Shown: in pieces, positions 20,601 to 30,148 of the stretch
Position numbering within the stretch: the stretch's first letter is position 1
How the letters are laid out: every line of letters starts with the position of its first letter
Virus record (IMG/VR): IMGVR_UViG_3300029258_003973
DNA from: an uncultured virus (IMG/VR IMGVR_UViG_3300029258_003973)
Taxonomy: Duplodnaviria; Heunggongvirae; Uroviricota; Caudoviricetes
Length of the DNA: 64,000 nt
Strand: one strand, 5' to 3'
Translations under genes and position numbers: made by a program
Notes under the pieces: model-generated
Told to the model about the DNA's origin: nothing
The model's input: only the letters and a program-made list of their open reading frames with translations
Databases searched by the model: none

Positions 20601-22919
20601 GCGGCCATAGCGCTGCTTACGCAGCTGGCTTACATATCACAACGAATATATGGGAGTTTCATGCTTACTGCCCCCACAGAGTACAGGGCTGAGATTCCTG
20701 ATGATAAACTAATTCTAATGTCACCAGATATATCAAACGAGGAAATGATACCTAAAGCTCTAGATTGGTTATCCCCTGAACTCATAAAGAACACGGGATC
20801 TGTGTCTGTAGATATAGCAGAAATTCTTGAGAACATTGCAGACGAAAATGAAGAGGAGGACGAGTTCATACAAAATGGTGTCAGTAACCTAAAGCTCGAA
20901 GATGTATCAATATCACCAGACTCATCACCAATACCGAGCTATATAAAGAAAGACGAGGCCAAGACTGCTTATCTGTTGTCATTAAACCTTGCTGCTGATA
21001 GTACAATGAACTTTATGAGAGAATTAGCATTCACAAGGAGCAAGAACCACAGGAAAGTATCTGATATGCACATTAAGGTGTCGGGTAGAGATATAATAAA
21101 GAACGATATAACACTCATGGAGCCATATAACACGGTGAGAATGTCATATCCGAAAGAGGACCTAAGCGATGACGAGCTCTCAGCTGCAGCACTTTTGGGT
21201 GTGAGCGGAGAGGGAAATGAAATCATGGTACCCATTCATTATAAGCTTAAACCATGGGGAAGGAAGATATACCAGACACATTTTAAGAATGCGAATGTTC
21301 TTCCCACAGCACGTACCAGTGCTATATCCACCGCGACTACAAGCGTGTTGGCTAATCTTATGAAGGAAACATATGGTGGGACAATTACTCTGCTTGGGGA
21401 CTCCAGAATAATGGAGGGAGATAGGATATTCCTATGGGATGAAAACAGGGATCTATACGGGGTAGTTGGAGTAAAATCACATACTTTCATAATGAGTCCA
21501 GAATCAGGTTGTATGAGTGTGATAGAACCGGAAATGATTACTAGGAACGATGGAAAGCTGAAGAGGAACCTGTATGATACTACTGTTACCACACTCAACA
21601 TAATAACAAAGACACTAGGGACCTTGGTATTAATAGGCGGTTCATACCTGTTGTTCAGATATGCACGATCAAGATATAGAATGTCAAGTGCTCTACTGGA
21701 TGTAACAGAACAGTCAGGATTCTGGGTGAGATTGTTAACGGGTATAGGAAGATCCTTGAGAAATCTAAGAGATAATCTTCCTCTTGCCAAACTCATAGGA
21801 AGAGGTTTTACTTCATGGTTCCATACTCTTGATAACGGTAAACTAGCGAAAGGGCTTTACCGTAGTTACATGAAGACGTCCAGTACACTGAGGGAAATAT
21901 TCGATCCTAACTTTGTAACAGATACAACAACGGCACTAAGAACTTGGGCAAGAGGGGTAAGTGAAACATACAAGGATCTCCCTCTAGTTGGATCTATCAT
22001 AGGCAGTAAACTTACTGATAGAAACCTCAACCGGGTAATAGAAAAGGCTGTAGATACTGCCATGGACAGTCTAGTTACATTGAAATCAAGCAAAATGGCA
22101 GCCAGCATAGATATACCAACAGGTGAGTCTTTTAGAAGAATAGTAAAAGACAATGTGATAAAAGAACTAGACAACTATCTCCTTACTTTACCTACACCAG
22201 TTATTATACCTGACAATAGACTCCTCAGAAGTGGACTGGAAACAGCCGTCTCAACAGTTATCGACTCACGTATAAAGATCTCAAAAGGAACTGCAGTATC
22301 TATGGTAGAGGATTTCGATAGCACATTGAGGAACCTTGTAAAGGAAATGGAGGTTGGAGAGAATACGGTTAGAGAATACGTTAGGAACCTTAACCCGTCT
22401 CAATATCCTTCGGGTATCCTAGGCAGAGGACTACACCTAAGAACTGCAAAGGAGAAGGACTTTATAGTAAAAGCAACAGAGGGAATGATAACTGAAACAA
22501 GGAGAATGTGTATATCCGACTCTAAATCTCTGTTATCTATGGTAAAACGGTACGGGGGAATGCTTACAAAAGTAGCAATAGGCGGGAGTATAGCTTACGA
22601 AGCGTTCTCTGCGGCAGCCAGTGCTATAGAACTATACATGTTTATAAGGGAAACAGCAGACAAAATAGTGTTATCTCCTCTCATGTTCAGAGGAGAACCA
22701 TTCATGGCTGGCCTAGAAGGTGTTACAAAGCAGGATGGTGAACAAGCAGGTTTTGCTGGTATAATGGTTTCCAGGTTCACCGATGTTGTAGAGGCCTTTG
22801 GAGATAGATTATCATCTCCTGTATTATCAGCTTTGGTAGAACTGGAAAAGATGAAAAGGGGCACAGTCAGGGATATAGGTGGAGGAAACAGGCCAGGACC
22901 TGTAGTAGAGAGAGATTAA
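14637..22919 (+). CDS. Giant baseplate hub-like protein with M23 peptidoglycan peptidase domain (2760 aa)
   Basis: M23 motifs HRGLD (15342), YMHL, GNTGGSTGPHLHFEMR (HxH 15705-15713), PINP. Hub/gpD-like motifs LRPGCKIKIQAG..IFTGRISTI and GTITLLGDSRIMEGDRIFL. Confidence 0.8.
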   Translation: MANKVHITDEDRKAAADVFSAYTGELDEDQYIDPGTIPVTDDMSECQPFIDLVKQLTGESTTDIADLPFDKYTPFDQTRLDHQFRITTVHKDLTAIVPEVDRFKEFYRIAEQFTNESSLIVSAAMDSNIKDITCMPPSYVFSYAAKKIREVITMLQKENIPGLSDLKDYAGRFDRLASDAKHMQAPYPDTSTPAFDPDDYAIRIVADSVTFPLVPRLNETEPTGDFGFMTPERPSHRGLDLKVYTEQAVSNTGKIYYTSSHPVVAIAEGKVIHCTSSNNLAKPCVRFDTDTNHGEDVDGKIFEGRDGGNIVIIWHPDLGKMSAYMHLSEISVKKGNSVLAGDVIGVAGNTGGSTGPHLHFEMRDPSLAKGAAADISSWRKGVPINPWPYIGGGYNGDPTNSEPAIKLEATQGNLKAEDTVEDFREYLNSLTMSPAENPEDQSNVLYAIHRQIMARVTSSVHSVYVNDISGKAEQVTINWMPGTSKAIPIEGQSAPVIQSLGGRNVQVSISLKGISPVEVAKIALMFKVPSTDETIAGMLTLARSGMFGETSIRNSYLQRWYRTDQIESMLRGISGSTQKVHLDEPVIVDNEYLNSMGLKTFHPISMEVKTVPQASEAYDILLTLSYMNLRNRSLESLKKSRHGIQAPVLPVTARVFPEKATGDSGFGLESDYQAYGILSRLSIVNCLAEILPLYIMSRVYRLYKTMSEYTPGSVIDLDGLDIMTKILAPTGIDTAIEKVFSTVRDYDTDVPSFSSAILDASMELANLGTVAALSRYTEKTIEVAKQGTGSNKFSKIVAATLGAVTTLNSVLKYAFGPVGTPEVNRGAETRTLYMNIPSLAPIMIWSLLAEFIDRLSAGKENEFFSEISNDVIDMLNDSYAEPNVRTLRIGGSDEVFVEVKGAIGQEAAGGEYKPLFIGEIKLSMIMGGEHDDSERNTLFGSIDVSEGLGQIWFGSEDAKALRKKLVDEIETMARNPRGNYDTRFLYPAAYGAVEINWLAIDAIRAAALAIGPMLANDNMKPGGDIPDGHMSEFFQTAAELLRDESARNHCSDVLTSVLTYSMADVLANGMIATHGRKAAYAHNDSVLRAFNKMSSLETEDTVVTALQYLGSRIQSHIVKARRVTQSRDMCTQVVSGVFADRSFGGSKDLRKGYCCALGSVLNYMYQVAYAGTETVSSLPPEYNDYTIPAMLQIIDRDRGELMIDELLHRGKSFFAATVGFLPDIIIGAAIALSGPGAVLTTIFYIIRGAMDIWAVWDLVMSIFKENAIEFAFGRGNIFAMSRWCSGRISDAMDQSQLLECCIKSGIWMPAALKPRGDTFDEERTSYRDFPTVHRGGKPLPPDFFVYKVGILSKAYDDMKSYINSAVESTRDRYADLDNDNVEALKTELKQEIDESRELSRARVQDALTRALIDSTPEDKSLKKDYMQAVGKSGDIISYVVYGNRTDAAKKGHICSTKYGSYSSTVSKAGSMLHLDMSDVGVVVKIGSSFTPISKGPELSELITNKGELMQMIVEAANSSPYGKVRENLKSFLQRSIREILDYIAATKALGGQFVYGLDTMPGTIGNLILIKNIVGSNIRAIGKPGLALFKSQMDKVGRDSLRRSSTLQTQYIFPTVKLYFIEEDSENFYLFDDLYSYASIVEVSVHMDKYSPVRTSEIKITNLFGMLNDILSDSKNKEYNFFSGPDENAPLNSVMLRPGCKIKIQAGTTPILDEHDTIFTGRISTIDFNVITTITAVSAGDMFTESLSMDVVKVYGSQANATGGLGTKLIQAPIREGIQSMVGDDYMAPITKLKTVIGYVLYDVVQSTERLTDFSLRPPVEVQDPEISPATSNLMDILKKKLIITQSSSFIESVSGARVDLQENQQLFENIYLDTDVIGSSWFGNLTFIGEGVWVSRDESAWDIMSELNLLLPNHDVLVRPYDTRSTLVWNNDDGYYRFRRCVDLDNILTNALTTKLRIAGRDPRFKLLPLFDVINQGMNGGSPRRKAAAIALLTQLAYISQRIYGSFMLTAPTEYRAEIPDDKLILMSPDISNEEMIPKALDWLSPELIKNTGSVSVDIAEILENIADENEEEDEFIQNGVSNLKLEDVSISPDSSPIPSYIKKDEAKTAYLLSLNLAADSTMNFMRELAFTRSKNHRKVSDMHIKVSGRDIIKNDITLMEPYNTVRMSYPKEDLSDDELSAAALLGVSGEGNEIMVPIHYKLKPWGRKIYQTHFKNANVLPTARTSAISTATTSVLANLMKETYGGTITLLGDSRIMEGDRIFLWDENRDLYGVVGVKSHTFIMSPESGCMSVIEPEMITRNDGKLKRNLYDTTVTTLNIITKTLGTLVLIGGSYLLFRYARSRYRMSSALLDVTEQSGFWVRLLTGIGRSLRNLRDNLPLAKLIGRGFTSWFHTLDNGKLAKGLYRSYMKTSSTLREIFDPNFVTDTTTALRTWARGVSETYKDLPLVGSIIGSKLTDRNLNRVIEKAVDTAMDSLVTLKSSKMAASIDIPTGESFRRIVKDNVIKELDNYLLTLPTPVIIPDNRLLRSGLETAVSTVIDSRIKISKGTAVSMVEDFDSTLRNLVKEMEVGENTVREYVRNLNPSQYPSGILGRGLHLRTAKEKDFIVKATEGMITETRRMCISDSKSLLSMVKRYGGMLTKVAIGGSIAYEAFSAAASAIELYMFIRETADKIVLSPLMFRGEPFMAGLEGVTKQDGEQAGFAGIMVSRFTDVVEAFGDRLSSPVLSALVELEKMKRGTVRDIGGGNRPGPVVERD

Positions 22920-22922
22920 CAT

Positions 22923-23963
22923 ATGGCAGAGAACAAACCTAAAAGTATGGAAGGCCCTCCCCAGGGTACGTTCAAGACCACTGGAGTATTAGTAGATAGT
23001 CCTAGTGGTGAAAGAACCCAGCACAGTGGTTCTCTCATAGATAATACTATAATGGGAGGTAGCCTGTATGTGAGTCTGATGGTAAAAGACCCATATACTG
23101 GCCAAGCTGTAAGATTGGATGGGATAAAGGTGGAGAGAACATTAGGTACTATTGTATCGGGTATCCCGGAAGAAGGATTCTTCGAATTAACATGCCCAAG
23201 CTACAGTAAGTTCAAGGCCCGGGATCCAGAAGGTATGACTGCTCTCCCGAAGAGCAAGGCTACTGTAGTACAGAATACAGCACTACCCACCCCTATAAAG
23301 GTAAAGGACTCAGTTGATAATTTCTCTTCTACTTCCAACAGCCCAGTGTGCAAGAAGTTCAATGAGAACGTCAATGTTGCACAAAGACATCTTGGTTTGG
23401 TTCATGAAAGAGATGACCTAGAGATAGTACAGGGGCCCGAGAACGGAGCATCTCCTGGTATGGCAATAAACCAGAGAGCTGGTTCAGTGTACCTATTTGG
23501 GAATGACGGAAAACAGAATATGAATATAAGCCCAGGTGGTGGAGTAAAGATGAACGCAGCTACGGTGGATTCCGGTTCTGCACAGAAAGAACTGACTACA
23601 ATGAACTATGGTGGCATGCCACAAGTAGAGAATCCAATGAATAACGTTGTACCTCAGGGTACTATTCTAATGCCACAGCCGCGTACTGTTCCAAACGTAC
23701 TGAAAATACTCAACATGGTAGCCACTATTGTGGACATGGCAGATCTCATAAAAGCATGTTCTGATGCTGTAAAGGCAGTGAAAACTGCACAAGGAGCAGA
23801 GGAAGATCAGCTTCTCAACGATATATACAACGATGCGGCAGGGTATAGTTCTTTCGAAGAACAATTCATGACTGAGGAAGAAAAGGAGATAGCGAATAAT
23901 CCAAACATGAGCCCTAGTGAGAAAGAGAGCGCTATGAGACGTCTTAAGGAAAGTAGAAGGTAA
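22923..23963 (+). CDS. Putative baseplate/spike-region protein (346 aa)
   Basis: Lies between the hub-like and gp25-like genes; beta-strand-like stretch GMAINQRAGSVYLFG..MNISPGGGVKM. Function inferred from position only. Confidence 0.5.
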   Translation: MAENKPKSMEGPPQGTFKTTGVLVDSPSGERTQHSGSLIDNTIMGGSLYVSLMVKDPYTGQAVRLDGIKVERTLGTIVSGIPEEGFFELTCPSYSKFKARDPEGMTALPKSKATVVQNTALPTPIKVKDSVDNFSSTSNSPVCKKFNENVNVAQRHLGLVHERDDLEIVQGPENGASPGMAINQRAGSVYLFGNDGKQNMNISPGGGVKMNAATVDSGSAQKELTTMNYGGMPQVENPMNNVVPQGTILMPQPRTVPNVLKILNMVATIVDMADLIKACSDAVKAVKTAQGAEEDQLLNDIYNDAAGYSSFEEQFMTEEEKEIANNPNMSPSEKESAMRRLKESRR

Positions 23964-24937
23964 TGAACTACGATATCAAAATAGGCCAGGATGGGAGCCC
24001 AATCATAAAGAAGGGGGACTTTCAACCTGTAAACTTCGCTGGATTTGTCTCTCAGAAGATTTACAAGGCCCTCATGAATATGGATATCTCTGTGGTAAGC
24101 GGCATCCAGCTTACAAAGAGGGATGAACTTCAGCAAGCCCTCAGCGGGTATCTTGTAACGTATTTCGCTGGAGACATGGCTGTAAACCCGCAAGGGATAA
24201 CAGTAACAGTTATACCGGTCCCTGGAGATGATAACATAAAGTATACAGTAGAATATGAAGGTACATCTCCTGACGGGGAGCCCATTGCTATATCCAGTGA
24301 CTTAATGTACTCAGTGTCTGCTGGTGCTGTTCTGAGTGTAGATTATGAACCAGCATGGTTGACCACTGCTCCAACAGATGATACGATTAGTGTACAGTTT
24401 CCTATTACGATAGAAGCCATAACTACAGATGTGGAGTTACCAATTGCACCATCTTATACAGAAGATTTGACATATGGTATCTTTGGCAAAAGCACAGTAA
24501 CAAAGCCTATATATCTTCTTACAGAATCACAGCTTACAACCATTAATAATACAATAGATACGACATTTTCTATACCGATAAGAACTGGTAGAACAAAATA
24601 TCAGTTATCATCACATATAACAGACTTCGAAAGGCTTGGTCATATTATAGACTCATATAGTTTTACAACCCTAGTATCAGACATAGAGTTCTATGTTAGA
24701 GAAGAATACGGTGATATAGTAGTCATAGTGCCGGCTGGCGAAAGTGGTACAATCACCGGGAATGTTACACTGAGAAAAGCAGCTCAGGTTACCACTAAGT
24801 ATAGGGTACGTGAAACACTAGTTGCCGGGAAAGCATTCCCATTGAGGAGACATTCCGGTAAGTACTATGCCATATTTCCTAGAAGCATTCAACTAGGTGA
24901 TTACTATATTAAATATACAGCTTTAGCGGAGGGATAA
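23963..24937 (+). CDS. Baseplate wedge protein, gp25/gpW-like N-terminus (324 aa)
   Basis: N-terminal DIKIGQDGSPIIKKGDFQPV pattern; sits immediately before the baseplate J-like gene. Confidence 0.55.
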   Translation: MNYDIKIGQDGSPIIKKGDFQPVNFAGFVSQKIYKALMNMDISVVSGIQLTKRDELQQALSGYLVTYFAGDMAVNPQGITVTVIPVPGDDNIKYTVEYEGTSPDGEPIAISSDLMYSVSAGAVLSVDYEPAWLTTAPTDDTISVQFPITIEAITTDVELPIAPSYTEDLTYGIFGKSTVTKPIYLLTESQLTTINNTIDTTFSIPIRTGRTKYQLSSHITDFERLGHIIDSYSFTTLVSDIEFYVREEYGDIVVIVPAGESGTITGNVTLRKAAQVTTKYRVRETLVAGKAFPLRRHSGKYYAIFPRSIQLGDYYIKYTALAEG

Positions 24938-24939
24938 CA

Positions 24940-26088
24940 ATGGCTCTCGTTACATATGGAAGAGTTAATAATATTTCATCATCACTTCAAACTGTACTAA
25001 ATAGTACAGGATATAGTGATGTGACTGGATCACCGTTCCTTGGTAGTATAGTTGGAGCCATACAAAATGCTCTGAGAACCGAGTATGGGAAGCTATATGA
25101 TATAGCTGATAACGTAGACATAGGAAGGGCAAAGGGGAAATATCTAGACAGATGGGGAAGATTCCATAGTGAGGATAGACAGGTTATGAGTAGTGCAAAG
25201 GACTTGTCTCTAACAAACTGCAGTGTGTACCTGGATCCAGAGGTCACAGCAGGGGAGATAACTTCTCTGGGTGATGGTATTACCCTGACAGATCTCGTGC
25301 TAACAAACAATGATGAGTCACTTGCATTCGAATGTATAGATCAGGTATATATACGGCCCAACCGCAGTGAAGCATTTGTAAGGGTAATATGTACTACTCC
25401 CGGGGCAATTGATATAGCAGCAGGAGAACTTACAAAAGTAAGTATGTCACTATCAGATTTGGAAAATGTACTTCCCTCTGCCATGGCAACATATTCACTC
25501 AAGTGCAGAAACCACTATGCTATATCCAGTGGCACTGAAATGGCGTCAGAAGAGGACTATAGATATGTTATCATGAGAAAGAGCGAATCTGTGGGCCTAT
25601 TCAATGAGGCTAAAGTTTACTCGGCTATGGATGCCACAGATGTTGTCAAAATAGCCATACATGAGTATCGTGGAGGTGCCAACGTATATTTGGAAACCCA
25701 GAACATGCAAAACGTGGACTCAGTTATAGCAGTTGTAAGAACTGCACTAAAACAATACAGAAGTCTAGGGGCATGTGTAAATGTTTACTCACCTGTAGTA
25801 AGATATCTTCTTCCCACCATAAAACTATCTCTACGGAACGAAGACTTGCTGAGTACAACACAGACTCAGTTCGCCTCCGACTTTACTACCGCAGTAAATT
25901 CCCTCGAGATGGGGTCTGTGGTCAATATAAATGATATCATAGACACAGTTATGGCAGGAATTCCAAATATTCTTTCCTCCAGGATAGTCAAAGCCACATA
26001 TGGCGGAAGGACACTTGCCAAATATAATATAGGACAGTCTTTCAATGAGAAAGTACTCACGTCTACCGATAGGCTAACTATAACATGA
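24940..26088 (+). CDS. Baseplate J-like wedge protein (382 aa)
   Basis: AKGKYLDRWG, VRVICTTPG, N..AISSGTEMASEEDYRYVI motifs typical of gpJ/gp47 baseplate proteins. Confidence 0.8.
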   Translation: MALVTYGRVNNISSSLQTVLNSTGYSDVTGSPFLGSIVGAIQNALRTEYGKLYDIADNVDIGRAKGKYLDRWGRFHSEDRQVMSSAKDLSLTNCSVYLDPEVTAGEITSLGDGITLTDLVLTNNDESLAFECIDQVYIRPNRSEAFVRVICTTPGAIDIAAGELTKVSMSLSDLENVLPSAMATYSLKCRNHYAISSGTEMASEEDYRYVIMRKSESVGLFNEAKVYSAMDATDVVKIAIHEYRGGANVYLETQNMQNVDSVIAVVRTALKQYRSLGACVNVYSPVVRYLLPTIKLSLRNEDLLSTTQTQFASDFTTAVNSLEMGSVVNINDIIDTVMAGIPNILSSRIVKATYGGRTLAKYNIGQSFNEKVLTSTDRLTIT

Positions 26089-28298
26089 GAAGACAGACTC
26101 CTGATTTAACATACAAAGATAGAACTGCTTCTATCGTAGAGGATCACTTTGACCTATGGCAACTTACAAGAAGAGACCCTAGGGACGGAACACATCGTCT
26201 AGTAAACACAATAGTTTCACTGATTGAAGAACTGGACGTAGAGGCGGATTATATCGAAAGAATGTTCATACCGGACAGGATGGATCTATCGGAACCATGG
26301 GTAATGTACCACTCGTATCCCGAGTATCCTATGGCTGACCTATATATATCTGGTCAAATAGCTTCTGGTACTGTCAGTTTGGTTACATCGATAGATGATT
26401 TCCTAGCGGGCGATATAGATGAGCTTGATCATGAGTTCACTATATCGGGTACACCATACGCTGAGAGCATTTTGGCTATCAGCATGGATCAGATCTTTCT
26501 TCTGGGTAGTGGAATAATAACAGAATACGATTTACAAGATCAGGAATATGTTTCGTCAGGAGAAGTAGACTATACCATAGAAGTAATCAGGACCTTCTAC
26601 GCAGATAAGGATCATCCAGTATTCCCAATAAGAGAAGACTTCCGGGAGGATTCTCTAACAGTAGAAATCAGCGGGCAAGTTGTATCTTACGAGTTGGAGA
26701 TGGCTGAAGATATGACAGGTTCGTGGAATGATGAGTTCGATGTGAACAAGGATGGATATATAGGCGACTATGAGCGTGGAATAATAGAGGCTTCCATGGG
26801 AGTTAGCCAGCAACAGGTTAGCCCAACCGTATGGGAAACATATGACTGGATGGATGTAAATAAGGATGGAACTATAAGTGAGTCAGACTATAATGCGGTA
26901 ATGACGTCCGTAACATCAGCAGCCCCAGATGTAACCGGGGTTGTAAAGGTTCCAAGGAGCGTCATAGGTGCCCTAGAGGTTTCCTATGATAAGAAGTTAC
27001 CTATATCTAAACACTTATTCAGAAGTGGCAATAGTTATTCCAGGCTAACTGACTTGGATACAATATATGATTCCTTCAGCAAGGTTACATATGATACAAA
27101 GACCGATGTATATTATGGGATAAACTCAGATGGAACTGAGCTTAGAGTCTTCAAGTATGATGCTCTCAACGATTCAATAGTTAATGATTTACTCGTATTA
27201 GTAAATAGATGGGACCATGATTGTGTTCTCATAGACCTTGATGCTGTAGACGGTTTTCTATATGTACTGGCCTCTGACTCAAGCACAACCAAGATGTTCT
27301 ATGGTAATATATGGGGAGAGGCAACATACAGACTTCCAAACGAGGTAGATATACCAGATCTCGACGGGGAAACTCCTATTGCTATGACCAGTATGGAGAA
27401 TGGGTACTTTGTAATACTTGTTGGTAATACTCTAAAGGTATTCAGTCCTGTTAGAGATAAAGCAATAGACTTGGAAGGAGTAGGATATTTCAATAAAAGA
27501 TATGATCTAGAACTGGAAGACGGAACAAATCTGAAGACTATTCCGAGCTATATATTCAACAGTTTTGACTCTTTTGCATATTCTGCTATGGGGCTCAGCC
27601 GGCCACCAGGCTGTGATAATTTCCAGATGAGAAAACTCATCATGGATTTCTGGCAGCATCCTCCCGGGAACGATAAGCTGGGCATGAACTTTGGGATAAT
27701 GAGAGAACTGGGATTAGTAAACGATGATACAATCGTTAGTGGGACAGTATATCACTTACCAGCCGAACTCACGTACTCAGGAGAACCCCCAGACAATTCG
27801 TGGGATCTTATCATAAATGACTGTCCTATGTCGGCCATAGAACAATCTGATGGTAGCTACATGTTAAGTGGTAGTATAGGTACACTCACTCTTATCAATG
27901 GTGACGAGTTAATACCCGGGGAAACCGTTACCACAGTATATGACTCATTAGTTATAGAAGGATACTTTCTAGATGGAAACAACGATGTGAATTATCTTTC
28001 ACATACTCTTGATATAGACAAAGGAAAGCATACTCCTGATATATCTGTAAGAACATATGGAGATATGAACTTCCTAGAGGATGTTGGATACGTTGTAAGT
28101 GGAGAACCGATTCAAGAATTCATAGATATTGTGTTTGATGCTGAAGATACAAACCCATTTGTCTATGGTAATGCTGTTACAAACCAAACTCCTATGGATA
28201 GTAATCGAGTATCAGATGATCCAGTAATGTACACAATATATGACGTTTCTCTATCAGGATTGTTAACTACTCTTGAAGACGTGGAAGTAGATCTATGA
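26085..28298 (+). CDS. Acidic baseplate wedge-like protein with dockerin-like paired Ca-binding loops (737 aa)
   Basis: DVNKDGYIGDYE (26739) and DVNKDGTISESD (26853); NSFDSFA..GLSRPPG.DN..MRKLI wedge-like motif; ATGA overlap with upstream gene. Confidence 0.65.
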   Translation: MRRQTPDLTYKDRTASIVEDHFDLWQLTRRDPRDGTHRLVNTIVSLIEELDVEADYIERMFIPDRMDLSEPWVMYHSYPEYPMADLYISGQIASGTVSLVTSIDDFLAGDIDELDHEFTISGTPYAESILAISMDQIFLLGSGIITEYDLQDQEYVSSGEVDYTIEVIRTFYADKDHPVFPIREDFREDSLTVEISGQVVSYELEMAEDMTGSWNDEFDVNKDGYIGDYERGIIEASMGVSQQQVSPTVWETYDWMDVNKDGTISESDYNAVMTSVTSAAPDVTGVVKVPRSVIGALEVSYDKKLPISKHLFRSGNSYSRLTDLDTIYDSFSKVTYDTKTDVYYGINSDGTELRVFKYDALNDSIVNDLLVLVNRWDHDCVLIDLDAVDGFLYVLASDSSTTKMFYGNIWGEATYRLPNEVDIPDLDGETPIAMTSMENGYFVILVGNTLKVFSPVRDKAIDLEGVGYFNKRYDLELEDGTNLKTIPSYIFNSFDSFAYSAMGLSRPPGCDNFQMRKLIMDFWQHPPGNDKLGMNFGIMRELGLVNDDTIVSGTVYHLPAELTYSGEPPDNSWDLIINDCPMSAIEQSDGSYMLSGSIGTLTLINGDELIPGETVTTVYDSLVIEGYFLDGNNDVNYLSHTLDIDKGKHTPDISVRTYGDMNFLEDVGYVVSGEPIQEFIDIVFDAEDTNPFVYGNAVTNQTPMDSNRVSDDPVMYTIYDVSLSGLLTTLEDVEVDL

Positions 28299-30148
28299 GC
28301 AGAGTTCTAAACACATATAAAGAGTTTAACTTCGGAACAGGCGTTGGGCCCCTTGATATGAAAATCATGGGTATAGCTGCAGCCGAGGAGATAGAATATT
28401 CAGCTGAGGCTATACTAGGCTCGGGAATACCTGATGCTGATATAGAAGCGGCAATGGATATAGCTCTTGGCACTTGTGTTGTAGCTGTACCAGGGTACCT
28501 CTATGTTGGAGACAGAGAATTATACTCATACGGGAGAAAGGCAACTCAAATAACCAGACCGGTAACAAGTAGTGGGGGAATCAGTGATCCCTATGGTGTA
28601 GGGGTAGTATATATACCCTTAATAGATATACCAGATGGTTCAACTTTATTCTATCCTCCTAGTGAGCAGGACCCTTATGGATCTATGGTAGAAAACACAG
28701 GTGCGGCTCCTATATTGGTAAGTGCATACCAGTCTGGAGAGCTTACAGATCTTTTTGCTATAACCGGGGAGGTTATATATCACGATTATGGTATGGATGG
28801 GCAAGAGGGATATACGTATGATATAAGCGGGGAAGTACGTTCAGGGGAAGTATCAGAATGGCCAGCATACTTTTCTCCATTGAGCCGGTTTACTGTGTTA
28901 CCATCATATTGGAGAGAGAATGAGCCAATGCTGGCTCTAGATGAATTCTACTATGACTTACAGTATAACTGTATAGTCCTGTATAACAGTGGAGCAGCAG
29001 ACTACGAGTATATCGTAGAATATGAGGCAGCTAACGAGTCATTCAAGATAACCGATATAGACCTGAATCCTCTAGTAACATATCCAGGAAACAGTATTCT
29101 ATGTATCTCAGCTGATAATGATAATACTGTGTTTAAGGAAGATCCCTCCAGTGTGCACTTACATACTATAAACACGGCAGCCAGTGGGGAAAGAACTACT
29201 ATAACAGCGGAAGTATTGTCTGAAAGGGGAAATAGACTTGATAATGAGTCAGTAAGATTTCGCATAAAGAGAAAGGACGTAGGTACACTTTCAGGAGAAG
29301 TTATATATAATCTCGATGAATTTGTAGAAGGTGGGCCATGGTTCCTATGCAATAGTGGTACTATAAGTGGAGTTATCATAGATGAAGTAGAGTTCCCTAC
29401 TGGGAAAATATACGAGGGAGACGTTCTCATTGCTAACAGCAATAGGATAAATGGAAAAGCATATGTGAGAAGTGCGGGATATCTTTGCTCAAACGGCGAT
29501 GCCCCAGATTATGCGTCTGGTGAGATTCCTGACACAGCTGGGTACGAAGTCACAGTAACAACTGATATAAATGGCATGGCTTCTGTAGACTACATGTTTC
29601 CAACTACCAACTCGTCTAGCTTCGATGTGAGGATAGAAGCGAGTATACCCACTATGAGTGGAGCCAATAATGGCAGCGGGATCGTGAGTTACGTAGACGT
29701 TGTTCTCATGTCTGATGACGAAACAACAATCTACGCTAAAGATATAAACGATTTGTGGAGGACCCTCGTAGTAGTAAGTGGAGAACCATATTACGAAGGT
29801 ATTAGCGCATCTGGAGAAGTTTCTGCGGTAGGTAGTATAGCAAGATTACCAATCTCATGTACAAGCCCATCGTCAGTGGAAGTAATAACTATGTCTGGGT
29901 ATGTATCGGCATTGTATAGTAACACAGAACCCAGTTTCTGTAGCCCTATTAGCGTGAACAGCGGAATAGTTGAGAATAGTGGCACAATACCGTCAGTGGA
30001 AGATGGTGAAGTAGAATATTATACCCAGTATAAGTATATAGAGGTAGAGTATGATAGCATAGATTTTGACACTGGTATATATATCATGAGGTATTTGGAT
30101 CATGAAAAGATAACCAGAGGAGATGCAAGGGATACCTATGAGCTATAG
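28295..30148 (+). CDS. Acidic structural protein with Ig-like (Big_1-type) segment (617 aa)
   Basis: TTITAEVLSERGNRLDNESVRF...VTTDINGMASVDY; many SG/SGE motifs. Confidence 0.6.
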   Translation: MSRVLNTYKEFNFGTGVGPLDMKIMGIAAAEEIEYSAEAILGSGIPDADIEAAMDIALGTCVVAVPGYLYVGDRELYSYGRKATQITRPVTSSGGISDPYGVGVVYIPLIDIPDGSTLFYPPSEQDPYGSMVENTGAAPILVSAYQSGELTDLFAITGEVIYHDYGMDGQEGYTYDISGEVRSGEVSEWPAYFSPLSRFTVLPSYWRENEPMLALDEFYYDLQYNCIVLYNSGAADYEYIVEYEAANESFKITDIDLNPLVTYPGNSILCISADNDNTVFKEDPSSVHLHTINTAASGERTTITAEVLSERGNRLDNESVRFRIKRKDVGTLSGEVIYNLDEFVEGGPWFLCNSGTISGVIIDEVEFPTGKIYEGDVLIANSNRINGKAYVRSAGYLCSNGDAPDYASGEIPDTAGYEVTVTTDINGMASVDYMFPTTNSSSFDVRIEASIPTMSGANNGSGIVSYVDVVLMSDDETTIYAKDINDLWRTLVVVSGEPYYEGISASGEVSAVGSIARLPISCTSPSSVEVITMSGYVSALYSNTEPSFCSPISVNSGIVENSGTIPSVEDGEVEYYTQYKYIEVEYDSIDFDTGIYIMRYLDHEKITRGDARDTYEL

